A DNA stretch of 64,000 nucleotides from Saccostrea echinata. Its lineage: Eukaryota. The stretch covers positions 3,782,001 to 3,846,000 of the forward strand of contig NW_026889776.1 in the NCBI RefSeq assembly GCF_033153115.1, in the 5' to 3' direction. The notes beneath the pieces were generated by a model that was not told the origin of the DNA, did not search any database, and saw only the letters and a program-made list of their open reading frames with translations. Shown here in pieces: positions 53,377-64,000 of the stretch. The position numbers and the translations under genes are program-made. Each line of letters begins with the position of its first letter. Positions within the stretch are counted from its first letter, which is position 1.

Positions 53377-53763
53377 CTACAAAGAGTAAAAATCCGTATG
53401 TTGTTTCACAATTGAAATTAAATTAAATACCTGCAGTGTCGAGTCATGTTATAGTAACATTAATAATTGTAGGATGTCTTACATTAGACATTCCTTAACT
53501 GCGTTCAAAATCCAAAGGCGTTCAAACAAAGGTGTGATCTTGCCCTAAATATGCATATTCATACTTATTCACAAATTTGTATTGAAATTTCATTATAAAT
53601 GAGTTTATCATAATGCTGTTTATGTACTTTGATTTGTACTCCAAAATATGAAAATGTCTTTTTTGATAGCCTTTGTTTCATTTACCGACAACACCCTACC
53701 CTTTATATCATTCTGTGTTTAAAAAAAGCAAATAATCCTATAATTAGAGAATAACAAACTTAC

Positions 53764-54045
53764 CATTGCATTCATTTCCTCTCCAGTTCGGTTTACATCC
53801 TCCAATACAAGTACCATATTGATTACAGTTGGCATTTGCACAGTTTTCACTACATAACATGTTGCAGAATGGACCAGATGTGCATGAATTGCATAATCCA
53901 CTTGTCATATTGCAGAATTCCAGTGAGCAGGTCGATGAACAGTTGTTCTGACATTTATTTCCCCAGAATCCCGAATTACAACCACGGACGCAGTTTTCCT
54001 TTTCATCGCACTGCATGTCTACACAATTAGGGCTGCATGTGACCG
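53764..54045 (-). CDS. Gene B EGF-like repeat exon 1
   Basis: CAG|CG..G|GTAAGT, 282 nt, phase 1-1; AVTCSPNCVDMQCDEKENCVRGCNSGFWGNKC...GCKPNWRGNECN. Confidence 0.9.
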
Positions 54046-54429
54046 CTGAATGAAAATGCATCACATCTGACTTGTATTATAGTATGTAATTGAGATTTGA
54101 ATTAGCAAAACTTTAGCGAACAAAGCTTTGAGTTATAGAAAATGAAGGTCTTGATATAACCGAATTAATTTATTGAATAGCGTTTTACGTCAATATGTTA
54201 CATTTTCAAACAGAAACTTGTGTTTTATTACGCTGTACTTCCACGGAATTCATAGATCATCAACCCCTTTCAGTGTTTTGATTATTTAATATCATTAAAA
54301 AAATAAGAGATTACTGAGTTAATGTTACAGGGATTTCAACAACCTCGAATAAATGCGGAATTTCGTTAATTCTATGGTCCTTAAAATGATTTTTGTAAGC
54401 AAATATAATCTATCGTTAGGTTGCATTTT

Positions 54430-54682
54430 GGTTGTCTTGTTTCATACCAATTATAAGGCCTATTGCCTTTACATTGAATTGACTACGGAAAGTTCCGTAT
54501 ACCTGAACAATACATAAGACTAAGGGCGGGTGGTACGGGCAACAGGGGATGCTTACTCTTTCTTTGCACCTGATCCAACCTCTGGAATTTCAAGGGTCTG
54601 TGTTTTATGCCCTCTTCATATATTTTTTATTGTTGTGAGATTTTTTGAGATCGATTACTATTCGTTTCTTCGCCTTTTACAT
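54430..54682 (+). mobile_element. Penelope-like (Naiad-type) 3' end
   Basis: GACTACGGA..CCGTATACCTGA...GGCGGGTG...CAGGGGATGCTTACTC...CACCTGATCC. Confidence 0.7.
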
Positions 54683-54904
54683 AAAAAAATAAACATAAGC
54701 TTTGTTCATAATACTCCTCTGAACTATATGAAATACGAACTAAATTCCTAAATTTTAATGTTCATTGTACACATTTAAAGAACGATAACCCTTAACGTGC
54801 GTTATAGTGTATAGCATAAGCATAGTGTATAACGTGAGTTATAGTGTATAGCATAGCATAGTAAATCATATGATGTGAATTTTGCAGTGTTTTCTTTATA
54901 AATG

Positions 54905-55250
54905 ACCGTTCACTGTAGCTCAGTCGGTAGAGCGCTAGCTTCGTGATCGGGGGGTCGTGAGTTCGAATCTCGGCCGCGACAAACCTAAGTCGATAAAAAT
55001 TGGGTAGCAACTGTTCCTTCGCCATGCGCTCGGTACTTTGAAGTGAAAGTTGAGGGTCCTTCGGATGAGACCTTAAAAACCGAGGTCCCGTGTGACGGCA
55101 GGCGTTGGCACGATAAAGATCCCTCACTGTTCAATGGCCCTGAGTGCCGAGTAAACGTCAAAATTTGAAGCCCTTCACCGGTATATGGTGACGTCTCTAT
55201 ATGAGTTAAAAATTCTCGAATGGGACGTAAAACAACATACAATCAATCAA
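54905..55250 (+). mobile_element. Full-length tRNA-SINE with Meta-like and Deu-like central domains
   Basis: A box TAGCTCAGTCGG, B box GTTCGAATC, Deu-like block CCTTCGGATGAGACC..AAACCGAGGTCC, (CAAT)n tail, TSD TCTTTATAAATG at 54893-54904 and 55251-55262. Confidence 0.92.
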
Positions 55251-55669
55251 TCTTTATAAATGTATATAAAAGTTATGTATATAAATGTTTATGAGTTATG
55301 TAATTGTATATAGGAACACATGAATAAAAAGAAACCTTACAAAATACTATAATATTATCTTCATATGCTATATATATTTGACTCAAGGCAACGCAAAGTA
55401 CATTTCGAACAATGATACCATTTCACTAATGTTCAGTATGACAAACTAGTTTACTTTGATTGATAGATTTAGCACCTAAACTAGATTTTAAGAAGTATAT
55501 TATTCTGAATGTTGTAAGCAATTTATTTAAAAAAAAAAAATAAGTACGTTTTTGCAGTGACAGTTTACCATCATTGGCTTACCATCTCGGAGAAGATTAC
55601 ATTCGTGTTCGCGTTATATTCAGCCCCCCCCCCCCTCCCTCCCTCCCCAATCCAGTTAAGGGAGCGTTA

Positions 55670-56012
55670 TGGTCTGGGAACATATGGAAGGCCCCTTTAG
55701 TGATACTCGAGGGAAATTTAACCGACGAGAGTGTACATCAGCACGCCATTGCATTCATTCATACAATCCAGCGTAACGTCAATCTGCAGCAGGACAAGGG
55801 ACGGTCGTGCGTGTTGTTAATGAGTATCTACAACAACCACACTGGCCTGCGATGACAACAGATTTATCGTCTATAGAACATGTTTAGGATGAAATGGAAC
55901 GACGTCTTCGCCAACACCTCCTGTACGTTAGATGCTTCGCGGAACTATCTCTAGGCATTTCAATGCATCGCGGGTGTTAAATTGCATCGGTGCAAATGGC
56001 GGTCACACATTA
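55670..56012 (+). pseudogene. Tc1-family transposase relic (catalytic C-terminal half)
   Basis: PLVILEGNLT...LQQDKGRS, HWPAMTTDLSSIEHV*DEMERRLR and CIGANGGHT match the Tc1 FQQDNARPH, WPAxSPDLxPIExxW and AxGGxTxY motifs, with frameshifts. Confidence 0.8.
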
Positions 56013-56189
56013 ATACACGCTATCAAAACTTTGAAACTTTTTGGCATTACCTTACTTTATTTGCGGCTATTCATATCAACTTTAAGGAACCTAATCCATA
56101 ATTAGATGTTTGAGTTGACAGACAATGAATTATATTAAATAATGATATACATAATGCATCATGATACTTTTATATTTTGTGTATGAATC

Positions 56190-56238
<49 letters not shown>

Positions 56239-57440
56239 TCCAGTACACCTTTTCCGATAGTATATAAGGATTTCTTCAAACTGTTGTCAGTGTAGAGAAG
56301 CGCCGCGTATACATATCAATGCCATTAAAAACGCATTTATTTTTAACTTCCCTAGTTGATCAAGCGGTCTAGCACGCTGTTCCTGCATTAATGGTGATAT
56401 GTTCTGCAGGACGAGTATTCAATTTCCAGTTGGGGGCAATGGTAGGTTCCCTTGCACTCGTGCTATATGCCCATTTTTTTTCTATTTTCGTTAACAATAA
56501 CATGATAATTGTCAAATGGAAAATAGGACTATGAAACATGAAGTGTTATTTTGTTCTTATGATTAAAAAATGATATAAATATCATTTGATAAAGAGAATT
56601 CATGGAGCAATAATAGTATTTATCTCAGCATAAAAGGTATATATTGATAGTGGAAATAATAATAAGTGTCATACTTGAATATGTAACATATTTATATTTA
56701 AGCTAGAATAAAGAATTCTTATCTGTGATCATTTTTCAGCAAGAGTTATCTGTCATCGATGTTTTACGGAGAAAATGTACTTATATTCTGGTAAATGCTT
56801 AATTACTGTATTCTTCATAGTGTTTACTAAATTAATTATAAAGAGATAGAAATATCTCAGTTTTAACAATTAAAAAAATGGATGCAAATCTTATATTTTT
56901 AGGTCAAATATCATTGATAATCATCAAGAAATTTTGAAGTATAATATGGTTTTGAATGAATTTATGATATTTCGCTCATTCATAACTCTGGTAAGACTAA
57001 CTATTGCATACCTTTAGATTATTATGATTATTTATAATTTTTGTTATCTTCTCATCTCCTTCCACATTAAATTATGCGTGAAAATCTTCACAGATCTCTT
57101 GCAATATCAAAGAAGAAAGGAAAAGCAGATTCTAAGTCAATTAATTGATTTCTCTAAAATAATTATAAATCTACTTTTAGTGTCAGGCATGATAAATTCT
57201 ATAGCTAGAACTCTTTTGTTATTATAACCATGCAAAAAGTTTTCTCTTTTTTCCATTACCAGAGAAAAGGTTTTTAAAATTGCATAAATTTATATTTTGA
57301 TGGATTTAGAAAACATTTTAGGAAAACGTTCCAACAAAAGTAAGACAGCAACAATAAAATCAGGGTCGTTGTTTCTTTTTAATCATAGACGATTTAAACC
57401 AAAATTGGATGAAGTTGATTTTTTAAATGTAAATCATATA

Positions 57441-57752
57441 CGGTACCAATTTTGATGCACTAGATGCGCATTTCGACAAATTATGTCTCTTCAGTGATGC
57501 TCAAGCCAAAACGTTGGAAATCCAAAATATTTAAATAAAAAAAGATTTGAAAGAGCTGAAAAAGATGCCAAAAGATGGAGCCAAATACCTCGAAGGATTA
57601 GAGCTATGCATGAGGGAGATAATCCTTATTTTTGAAATAAATTTCTAAATATTACCACAGGATTTAAATATATATCCGTATTATTAAGCTAGTACCGAAG
57701 TACTAGGTTACTGGGCTGTAGAGACCCTCGGGGACTAACAGTCCACCAGCAG
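57441..57752 (-). mobile_element. Penelope-like terminal repeat (pLTR) fragment carrying a hammerhead motif
   Basis: Contains a minimal hammerhead with palindromic stem III, the form associated with Penelope-like elements. I also recall the flanking sequence as an interspersed oyster repeat (not verified). Confidence 0.6.
57457..57500 (-). ncRNA. Minimal type I hammerhead ribozyme
   Basis: GCAUCA-CUGAAGA-GACA(UAAUU)UGUC-GAA-AUGCGCAU-C|UAGUGC. Complete core, 4-bp stem II, palindromic stem III, AUC cleavage triplet, stem I with one C-A mismatch. Confidence 0.8.
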
Positions 57753-57851
57753 TAAAAAAAAAAAAAAAAAGACTGATAGTCGATGATTCAAAACTAAAAT
57801 ATGGACGAAAATACATGATGAAAGTCAGCCAATGAAGGATTCTCTTCTTAC

Positions 57852-58091
57852 CGTATACTTGAATTTCACATAATTCAAGTATAGGACCAGCGATTGGGTC
57901 ATCTTTAGGAGCATCGTACGTTGTTGATATGCTTATATATCTTGCTGTTTTTTCGCATGAAATATTCTGTATGCTTGAAGGCACAGCTGGAAAGAGTGTG
58001 TTGTCTTTGAAACACTGGATCCATTCTTGTGAACCAGTGGAATTTGACACTTCTAATCTGTATTGCCTGAGCCGGTAAGGTTTCCAGTTAT
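57852..58091 (-). CDS. Gene B C-terminal half of the F-type lectin-like domain
   Basis: TAG|AT..G|GTAAG, 240 nt, phase 1-1; DNWKPYRLRQYRLEVSNSTGSQEWIQCFKDNT...CEKTARYISISTTYD...ILELCEIQVY. Confidence 0.9.
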
Positions 58092-59039
58092 CTACAAAGA
58101 ACTACGTTGTTATATTCTTCCCTTCATTTTTATCCGAAAGAGAAAAAAATAACTATAGATGAAAATGGATTAGTGTATAACGAAAATTAACAATAGGGCG
58201 TTATGTACAGACGATCATTGAAAAGCATAATTCTACCTTTAAATGTATTATTTATCATTACAACATCAAAACCATATTTTTTTTTCAGGTTATTCTTTTC
58301 TTATCCACATTTCCATTGGATGATTGATATTTCAGACACACCAGCTGGTGTTCATGTGGATCATTGAGATTTTAATGATGTCCTTGAATGAAGGAAAAAT
58401 AGATACACATAGACGATTTTCAACTCTGCATAGGTAGTTTAAGCCGGCAGCTTGGAACCTAGCTGCCTATCTGAGGCTCTGCTGATATGTTTTTGAAGCA
58501 TGTTTTTGGGGCACCTGTAACAAAAGTACTAAAAACGTCCGAAACCCTAGACATCTCATTGAGATCGTACTTTGTTTCTCTAAGACTAACAAGGACGACA
58601 ATGAAAGCAAACTATACAACTACAATAGACACTTGTCTAGTGTGTAGGGTAATCAATATATACAGAATTGATTTTGTAACTTGTCAACTGCTACAATTTA
58701 GTACACAAAGAGAAATTCCTAACGTCTGTTTATTTACTCGAGGTGATGCCTCTTGGCTACACAAACAGCTTAGCTGCTTACCACTTGGTACATGTAAAAC
58801 TTATTACCAGAACTAGCCAGTTGGCTATACTAGGTGGCCATTTGCAACAAACTGCCTCTCTCACTTGGTCACTTGATAAAACATAGATCAACTTCATGCA
58901 CTCTTTTACCAACTAGACTATGGACTCCATGACTTTGGGTAAATATTATTCTTTGATGTATTTTCTGTCGATACATAACCTGTTAATTAAACAATATACA
59001 AGGAATTTTTGATTATACAATTTAGCAAAAGGAAGTAAT

Positions 59040-60380
59040 TCTCATCGCTTCATTTTACAATTATGTACTCTGTTTGTCTCATAGATACCCTGGAGCAGAA
59101 AAGCGGCTCATTTGTCTATAATTATTTTTAAATATTTATATAATTATTGCATACACATTGTAGTTTGTTTGCTTACTCCCCAAAAGCAGATGAGAAAATT
59201 TTCAAAGCATTAATACCCTTTCGCTATATAGTCATTAGAGCCCTGTCTGAGCGCCAGAACTCCTTGGCCTGTCTCTGGGGCCTTGAAATTAACAAATTTG
59301 GAAGAGACATCCTTTCTCATTATAACTATGCATTTAGTTTGTTTGCTTATTACCACGGAGCAGAGGAGAAGATTTTTAAAGCATTAATTTATTTTTAGTA
59401 TCTGATAAATACCCTCATTCCCGAAATCCATGATACTTGGGCCACATCTTTTACATATTTTGAACAGGCATACTTCCATATCATAACCATCCACTTAGTT
59501 CTTCGGCTAAATACCCAGGAACAGAGGAGACTGTTTTATAGAATTAATGCATGTTAACTATGTAATCATTAGAGCTCCGCTATAACTTTAGAACTCCTGT
59601 CGCAGGCCATTATATTCACAAGTTGGACAAGGCATCTTCCTTAATTGTAACTATGCATTTAGATTGTTTGCTTGATACCCAGGAGCAGAGGAGAAAATCT
59701 TATAATCAATAATGCATTTTCCCTATATAATCAAAAGAACACCAGAACACTTGACCCAGGGGCTAAGAAATTTAAAGTTTTGAATGGACACCCTTGCTTA
59801 TTATAATTATGCACTTAGTTTATCTGCTTAATACCCAGGATAGAGAAGCCGATTTTCAACGAATTAATGCATATTCGCTACATTATCATTCCAGCCCTCT
59901 CGGGCACCTGAACCCCTGTAGTAGAGGCGGTGAAATTTTCTCTCACATTTTCAAAAGAGGCACAGTTCTTCATTGTGACTATGCATTTAGATTGTTTGCT
60001 TAATACCAGAGAACAGAGAAAAAGAATTTTTAAAATAAAGAGGGCGTATTCACTATATATTCAGCAAAGCCTAGTCCTAGCACCAGAACCCCTTTTCTGG
60101 GGCCATAAATTTCATAATTTTAGTAGAGGTCTCAATGCTTGTTACAATCATGCTTATAATTTGACTACATATGTCCTGAAGAAAAGAAGATGATTTTTAA
60201 AGATAGCATTACCTTTGATGGTTTTCAGATCCACCCTTCAGGCGTTGGGGGGGGGGGGGGGTGGCATGGTCATGAATTACACAATTTTTATTCCCCTTTA
60301 CCAAATGATACTATAATCCAAAACTGGTTGAAAATGGTTCAGTGGTACCAGAGAAGAAGTTGAAAATGTTTAAATGTTAA
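59040..60380. repeat. Diverged ~165-bp tandem satellite array (7-8 units), probably Helentron-borne
   Basis: TATGCATTTAG.TTGTTTGCTT.ATACCCAGGAGCAGAGG recurs near 59328, 59488, 59652, 59808, 59980, 60149; ends with TGGTTGAAA..GGTTCAG.GG..CCAGAGAAGAA, also seen at ~52156-52190. Confidence 0.85.
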
Positions 60381-61638
60381 TTGCTGTATTTACAAAATGC
60401 ATTAAGAGCAGAGATGTTTCTGTTTTTAATTTCTGAGATGTGTCACACGCAGAAATCGGGGGTTATGTTACATTATTTAAAACAAAAAAAAAAAAAAACA
60501 AAACTGTGGGGCTAATGTAACGCATGTATGCGTATAGTAAATGCCTGTGAATTATTTTAAGCTGAAACCTTTTTTTTAAATCTCCATTGAATGTTTTATT
60601 ATAAATCGAATAAAAAATATTTTCCTCCCTTTTATTTTGTTATTTTAATTGTTTATTCTAAATCTACGAATATATTGAAATTTGTCACTAAAGATTTGTA
60701 AGCAAATTACAGAGCGCTTTAAAAGAATTATCTTCTTAAAAGATATAAGCATCTCCTGTACTCAGCTATATTTTGTGGGAAGTTTTACTCACTATTACGC
60801 ATAAAGGGTTTCGTTTTTTGTCTAATAAAAACGGTTACACATTTATGGGTCTAGCCTTCTCTTATTCTTACACAATACGTGCTTATCAAGAATTATACAG
60901 GTATGTCTACTAGTACCGCCTTAGATGCCCCATATTCACACTATATAATTACGTGTTAAACGTTGTTTAAATAGAGAGAAGCCTTTCGAGGAACAGTTAT
61001 TTCGACCCTTGCTGTTAAGATTCAAAACTATTCTGAACTGAACGAATAAGGGTATGACAATTAACTATGAAAGTAGATCAGATTGCATTCAAGTGTTTGA
61101 AAAATAATTCTGTCTAAAATATTCCTAAATGTATTGATAGTGTGCATTAAACATTTCATAAAAAGTACGAAAGTTAATATAACCGCATGTCAAATATATT
61201 TGTCAGTTTTATAGACTCACAAAGTGGCATTCGTTAGACAAAGCTACTCAACATGCCCCTAAATCATAGGCAGGTTTAACGTATCCGTGGAGAAACCAAG
61301 AATAAAACGCACAGAATACAAAATAAAAAACAATGTAGAATGAAATATAATGTAAAAAGAAGAATGATTAATGTTAGAATTCTGATGAATAGCAAACTGA
61401 ATGTTGATTGATGATAATTCAAATTAATCGTTTTCCCCTTTTTTTTAGATGTAAGGGAAAGGGAAACACGTATAAACGATAAAATTCCTCCAAAATTGAT
61501 TTCAAATGTTTTATACTCCAAATAAATAAAGCAAACCTCTATTTAGAAAAATAATGATAATCGCTTATTTGGAAATTCGCTTAACCTGGAATGTTTTCAT
61601 TAACAGAATACCGGAGAAAAGAAAATACCAAGTTTCAC

Positions 61639-61845
61639 CTTCAGTTCTGTAGTAGATGACAATATTTTTCAATTGATAAACTTTCCCTAAGTCCAATTCA
61701 ACACAGGCAGAATGTTGGTTATGTGCTGTATGGGAACAGTTTCTGAAGTCTTGATTAATATTCCCGTCTATGATCTTATCTGCCGACAAGTCTTCAAATG
61801 TTGTGCTCAATCGAACTCTACATGCCTTTGTGATACATATAATTT
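61639..61845 (-). CDS. Gene B N-terminal half of the F-type lectin-like domain (signal exon not identified in the window)
   Basis: TAG|AA..G|GTGAAA, 207 nt, phase 1-1; IICITKACRVRLSTTFEDLSADKIIDGNINQDFRNCSHTAHNQHSACVELDLGKVYQLKNIVIYYRTE; paralogous to 38956-39165. Confidence 0.87.
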
Positions 61846-62590
61846 CTATAAAAAAGAATATGTTAAAAGTATATGAAAAATGTATTTGTGATGAAGAACA
61901 CAAGGTCACATGACTCAGTTTAGCTACGTCATAGTCTCTGATTATTTAGGGGGAAAACGTTTAAATCATTTGTATAGATTTTTCAGCCATTTGTTTCCAT
62001 CAACATCTTATCTAAAATATCAACAAAAAAGATAATTTTGTAAACATTGACAAAGTATGAAAAAGGTTGATCCACCCCTATTTTTTTTATCTGCGCGTCA
62101 GTAACGATATATACATTCTGCTAGAACATTAAGGGACCAGGCAATATTTATCACCAGGGTAGGACATGTGTCAAATAATAATCGATTTTTTAAAAAAAAA
62201 GTATTGGTGCCGCACCTTACAGAATGAAAAAAAAAGTTTTTGCCCCATACTTATTTTGTTTGGAAAAGTCAATTTAATATTTATATATTAAGTATAAGCC
62301 GTCTAGAGGTGTGGGGCGGATGACTCAAACTTGAAGGTAGAGACTCCATTCTGCCGAAGTAAAGTTATCATTTTTCTTTTTAGAAACATTTTTTTTAATT
62401 TGAATATAATTTTGGATTACAAGCAGCTTACAAATGTATAAAAGTTGGGTTTAGTCATGTACAATGTAGATGAAGAATATATGAGCCATATTTCATTTCA
62501 ACATTACAGGGAATTCAGTGATACCTTACATGACTTCAATAGAACGCTTAATATTAAATTCAATTTTTAACATGTATTTACATTTGGAAA

Positions 62591-62887
62591 GAGTCGCCCA
62601 CGTGGCGCAGTGGTTTGAGCGTCTGCTCTAGAGTCGCGGAGTAAAGAGTTGATCCTTACGTCGCGGGTTCGAATCCCACTGTGGGACGTGGAGACCGGTC
62701 CTTCGGATGAGACCGTATATACCGAGGTCCCGTATCGCAGTAGGTGCTGGCACGAAAAAGATCTCTCACTGCTCAATGGCCGTAAGTGCCGAGTATAGGA
62801 CAAAATTTGCAGCTCTCCACCGGCAAGTGGTGGCGACTCCATATGAGGAAAAATTCTCGAGAGGGACATTAAACAACAAACAAACAA
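62591..62887 (+). mobile_element. Full-length tRNA-SINE (Deu-only family)
   Basis: A box TGGCGCAGTGG, B box GGTTCGAATCC, Deu-like block, (CAAA)n tail, TSD ACATTTGGAAA at 62580-62590 and 62888-62898. Confidence 0.93.
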
Positions 62888-63496
62888 ACATTTGGAAATA
62901 ATCAGAATTTTTAATGCTACTAATTTAAAGATTTGAAGTTTCTGATATAGTAGGAAAACATGGATTTTCATAGAAAGCATCCATCAATCATCAGGATAAG
63001 ATCAATCAATCTATATTGATGTGTTTAACACATTTTTTTTCATTGAAATATGATAAATATGGTATTGGTCTTCTTGTAATTAAATGCACTTTCTAAATCT
63101 AAAGTAACCTAATTGTTAGAAGACCTGATTTTCCATGTAGAGCATCTATCATTATCTTCAGGTCAGTCAATCGCTATTGGTGTATTCTCTTGTGATTCAA
63201 GAGTTTATTTCAGGGCTTCAGATAACAATTCAATATGACTATGACGTGTTCTCTCACTTCATAGTCAATAACTACCTGTGTAGTTAATAACTACAGTGAT
63301 ATGAGTCTTCAAAAATAATATTAGGGTCCATAGTTAGTTATTTCCATACAAATTGTATTGACCATTTCTTTTACCATTGAATAGGTATTTTGGTTAAAGC
63401 GATAAGTTTAGTTCATATCGTTTCACAGAAGTGAAATATGGATGAATTTCCCATCTAAATAATAGTTGTAAAAAACTGCTTGTCTTATCCTTATAT

Positions 63497-63784
63497 GTCG
63501 CCCGCGTAGCGCAGTGGTTAGAGCGTTCGCTCCAGAGTCGCGGAGTAAGGAGTTGATCCTTCAAATCCCACTGTGGGACATGGAGATCGGTCCTTCGGAT
63601 GAGACCGTATAAACCGAGGTCTCGTGTCGCAGTAGGTGCTGGCACGAAAAAGATCCCCCACTTCTCAATGGTCCTGGGTGCCGAGTATGCGTCAAAATTT
63701 CTAGCTCTCAGCCGGCAAGTGGTGGCGACTCCATATGAGTGAAAACTTCTCGAGATGGACGTTAAACAATAAACAAACAAACAA
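63497..63784 (+). mobile_element. tRNA-SINE (Deu-only family) with most of the B box deleted
   Basis: Same family as 62591; GATCCTT joins directly to CAAATCCCAC. Confidence 0.9.
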
Positions 63785-64000
63785 TCTGACCCTTATCTGA
63801 CCCTTATGAATTCTTAAAAAGTATCTCTTCCATGATGTTTTGCAGCGGTCCTGGTATTAAATATTGCCCTAATTACCCTATCAAAAAACATTATAATTAA
63901 CTATAGTTTACTATAGTGAACACTTTGATACTTTGATTTAATATGAAACTTTACTCTGGAACTTTTTTGAGATTTCAAAGCTTAACTTCTTTAAAATTCG

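Noticed and set aside
54905-54975. Functional tRNA gene
   Set aside because: A and B boxes are present, but there is no acceptor stem and the sequence continues into a SINE body with tail and TSD
54792-55242. Minus-strand ORFs over SINEs (also 19237-19512, 51207-51413, 62567-62980, 63394-63780)
   Set aside because: They are translations of SINE sequence
56348-56436. Possible degenerate tRNA-like head
   Set aside because: Boxes too degraded and no body or tail to support a call
61846-64000. Signal-peptide exon of gene B
   Set aside because: No ATG-initiated hydrophobic exon with a phase-1 donor found; it probably lies beyond the window

Overview
AT-rich eukaryotic genomic DNA with two N gaps. 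The repeat families point to a bivalve, most likely an oyster (inference). The window holds two tandem, minus-strand, multi-exon paralogs with an F-type lectin (fucolectin-like) domain followed by EGF-like repeats (MEGF10/11 / SCARF-like architecture). Gene B (coding exons 61845->47969; signal exon not found) is a type-I membrane protein whose short tail has three YxxL motifs, ITAM- and ITIM-like. Gene A (39798->~18002) has a signal peptide, the lectin domain and a triplicated 225-nt EGF exon, one copy frameshifted by a SINE; no transmembrane exon was found, so it may be secreted. Most of the rest is mobile DNA: a 5'-truncated L2-type LINE, two related TTAA-flanked Kolobok-like elements, hAT and TA-target MITEs, mariner and Tc1 relics, Helentron-like elements, a ~165-bp satellite, six 3' ends of Naiad-type Penelope-like elements, and two tRNA-SINE families sharing a Deu-like body and tail. 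A minimal hammerhead ribozyme lies in sense orientation in an intron of gene B. The first 7.5 kb are nested long inverted repeats next to a dimeric ~85-bp minisatellite. All alignments and splice calls were made by eye.
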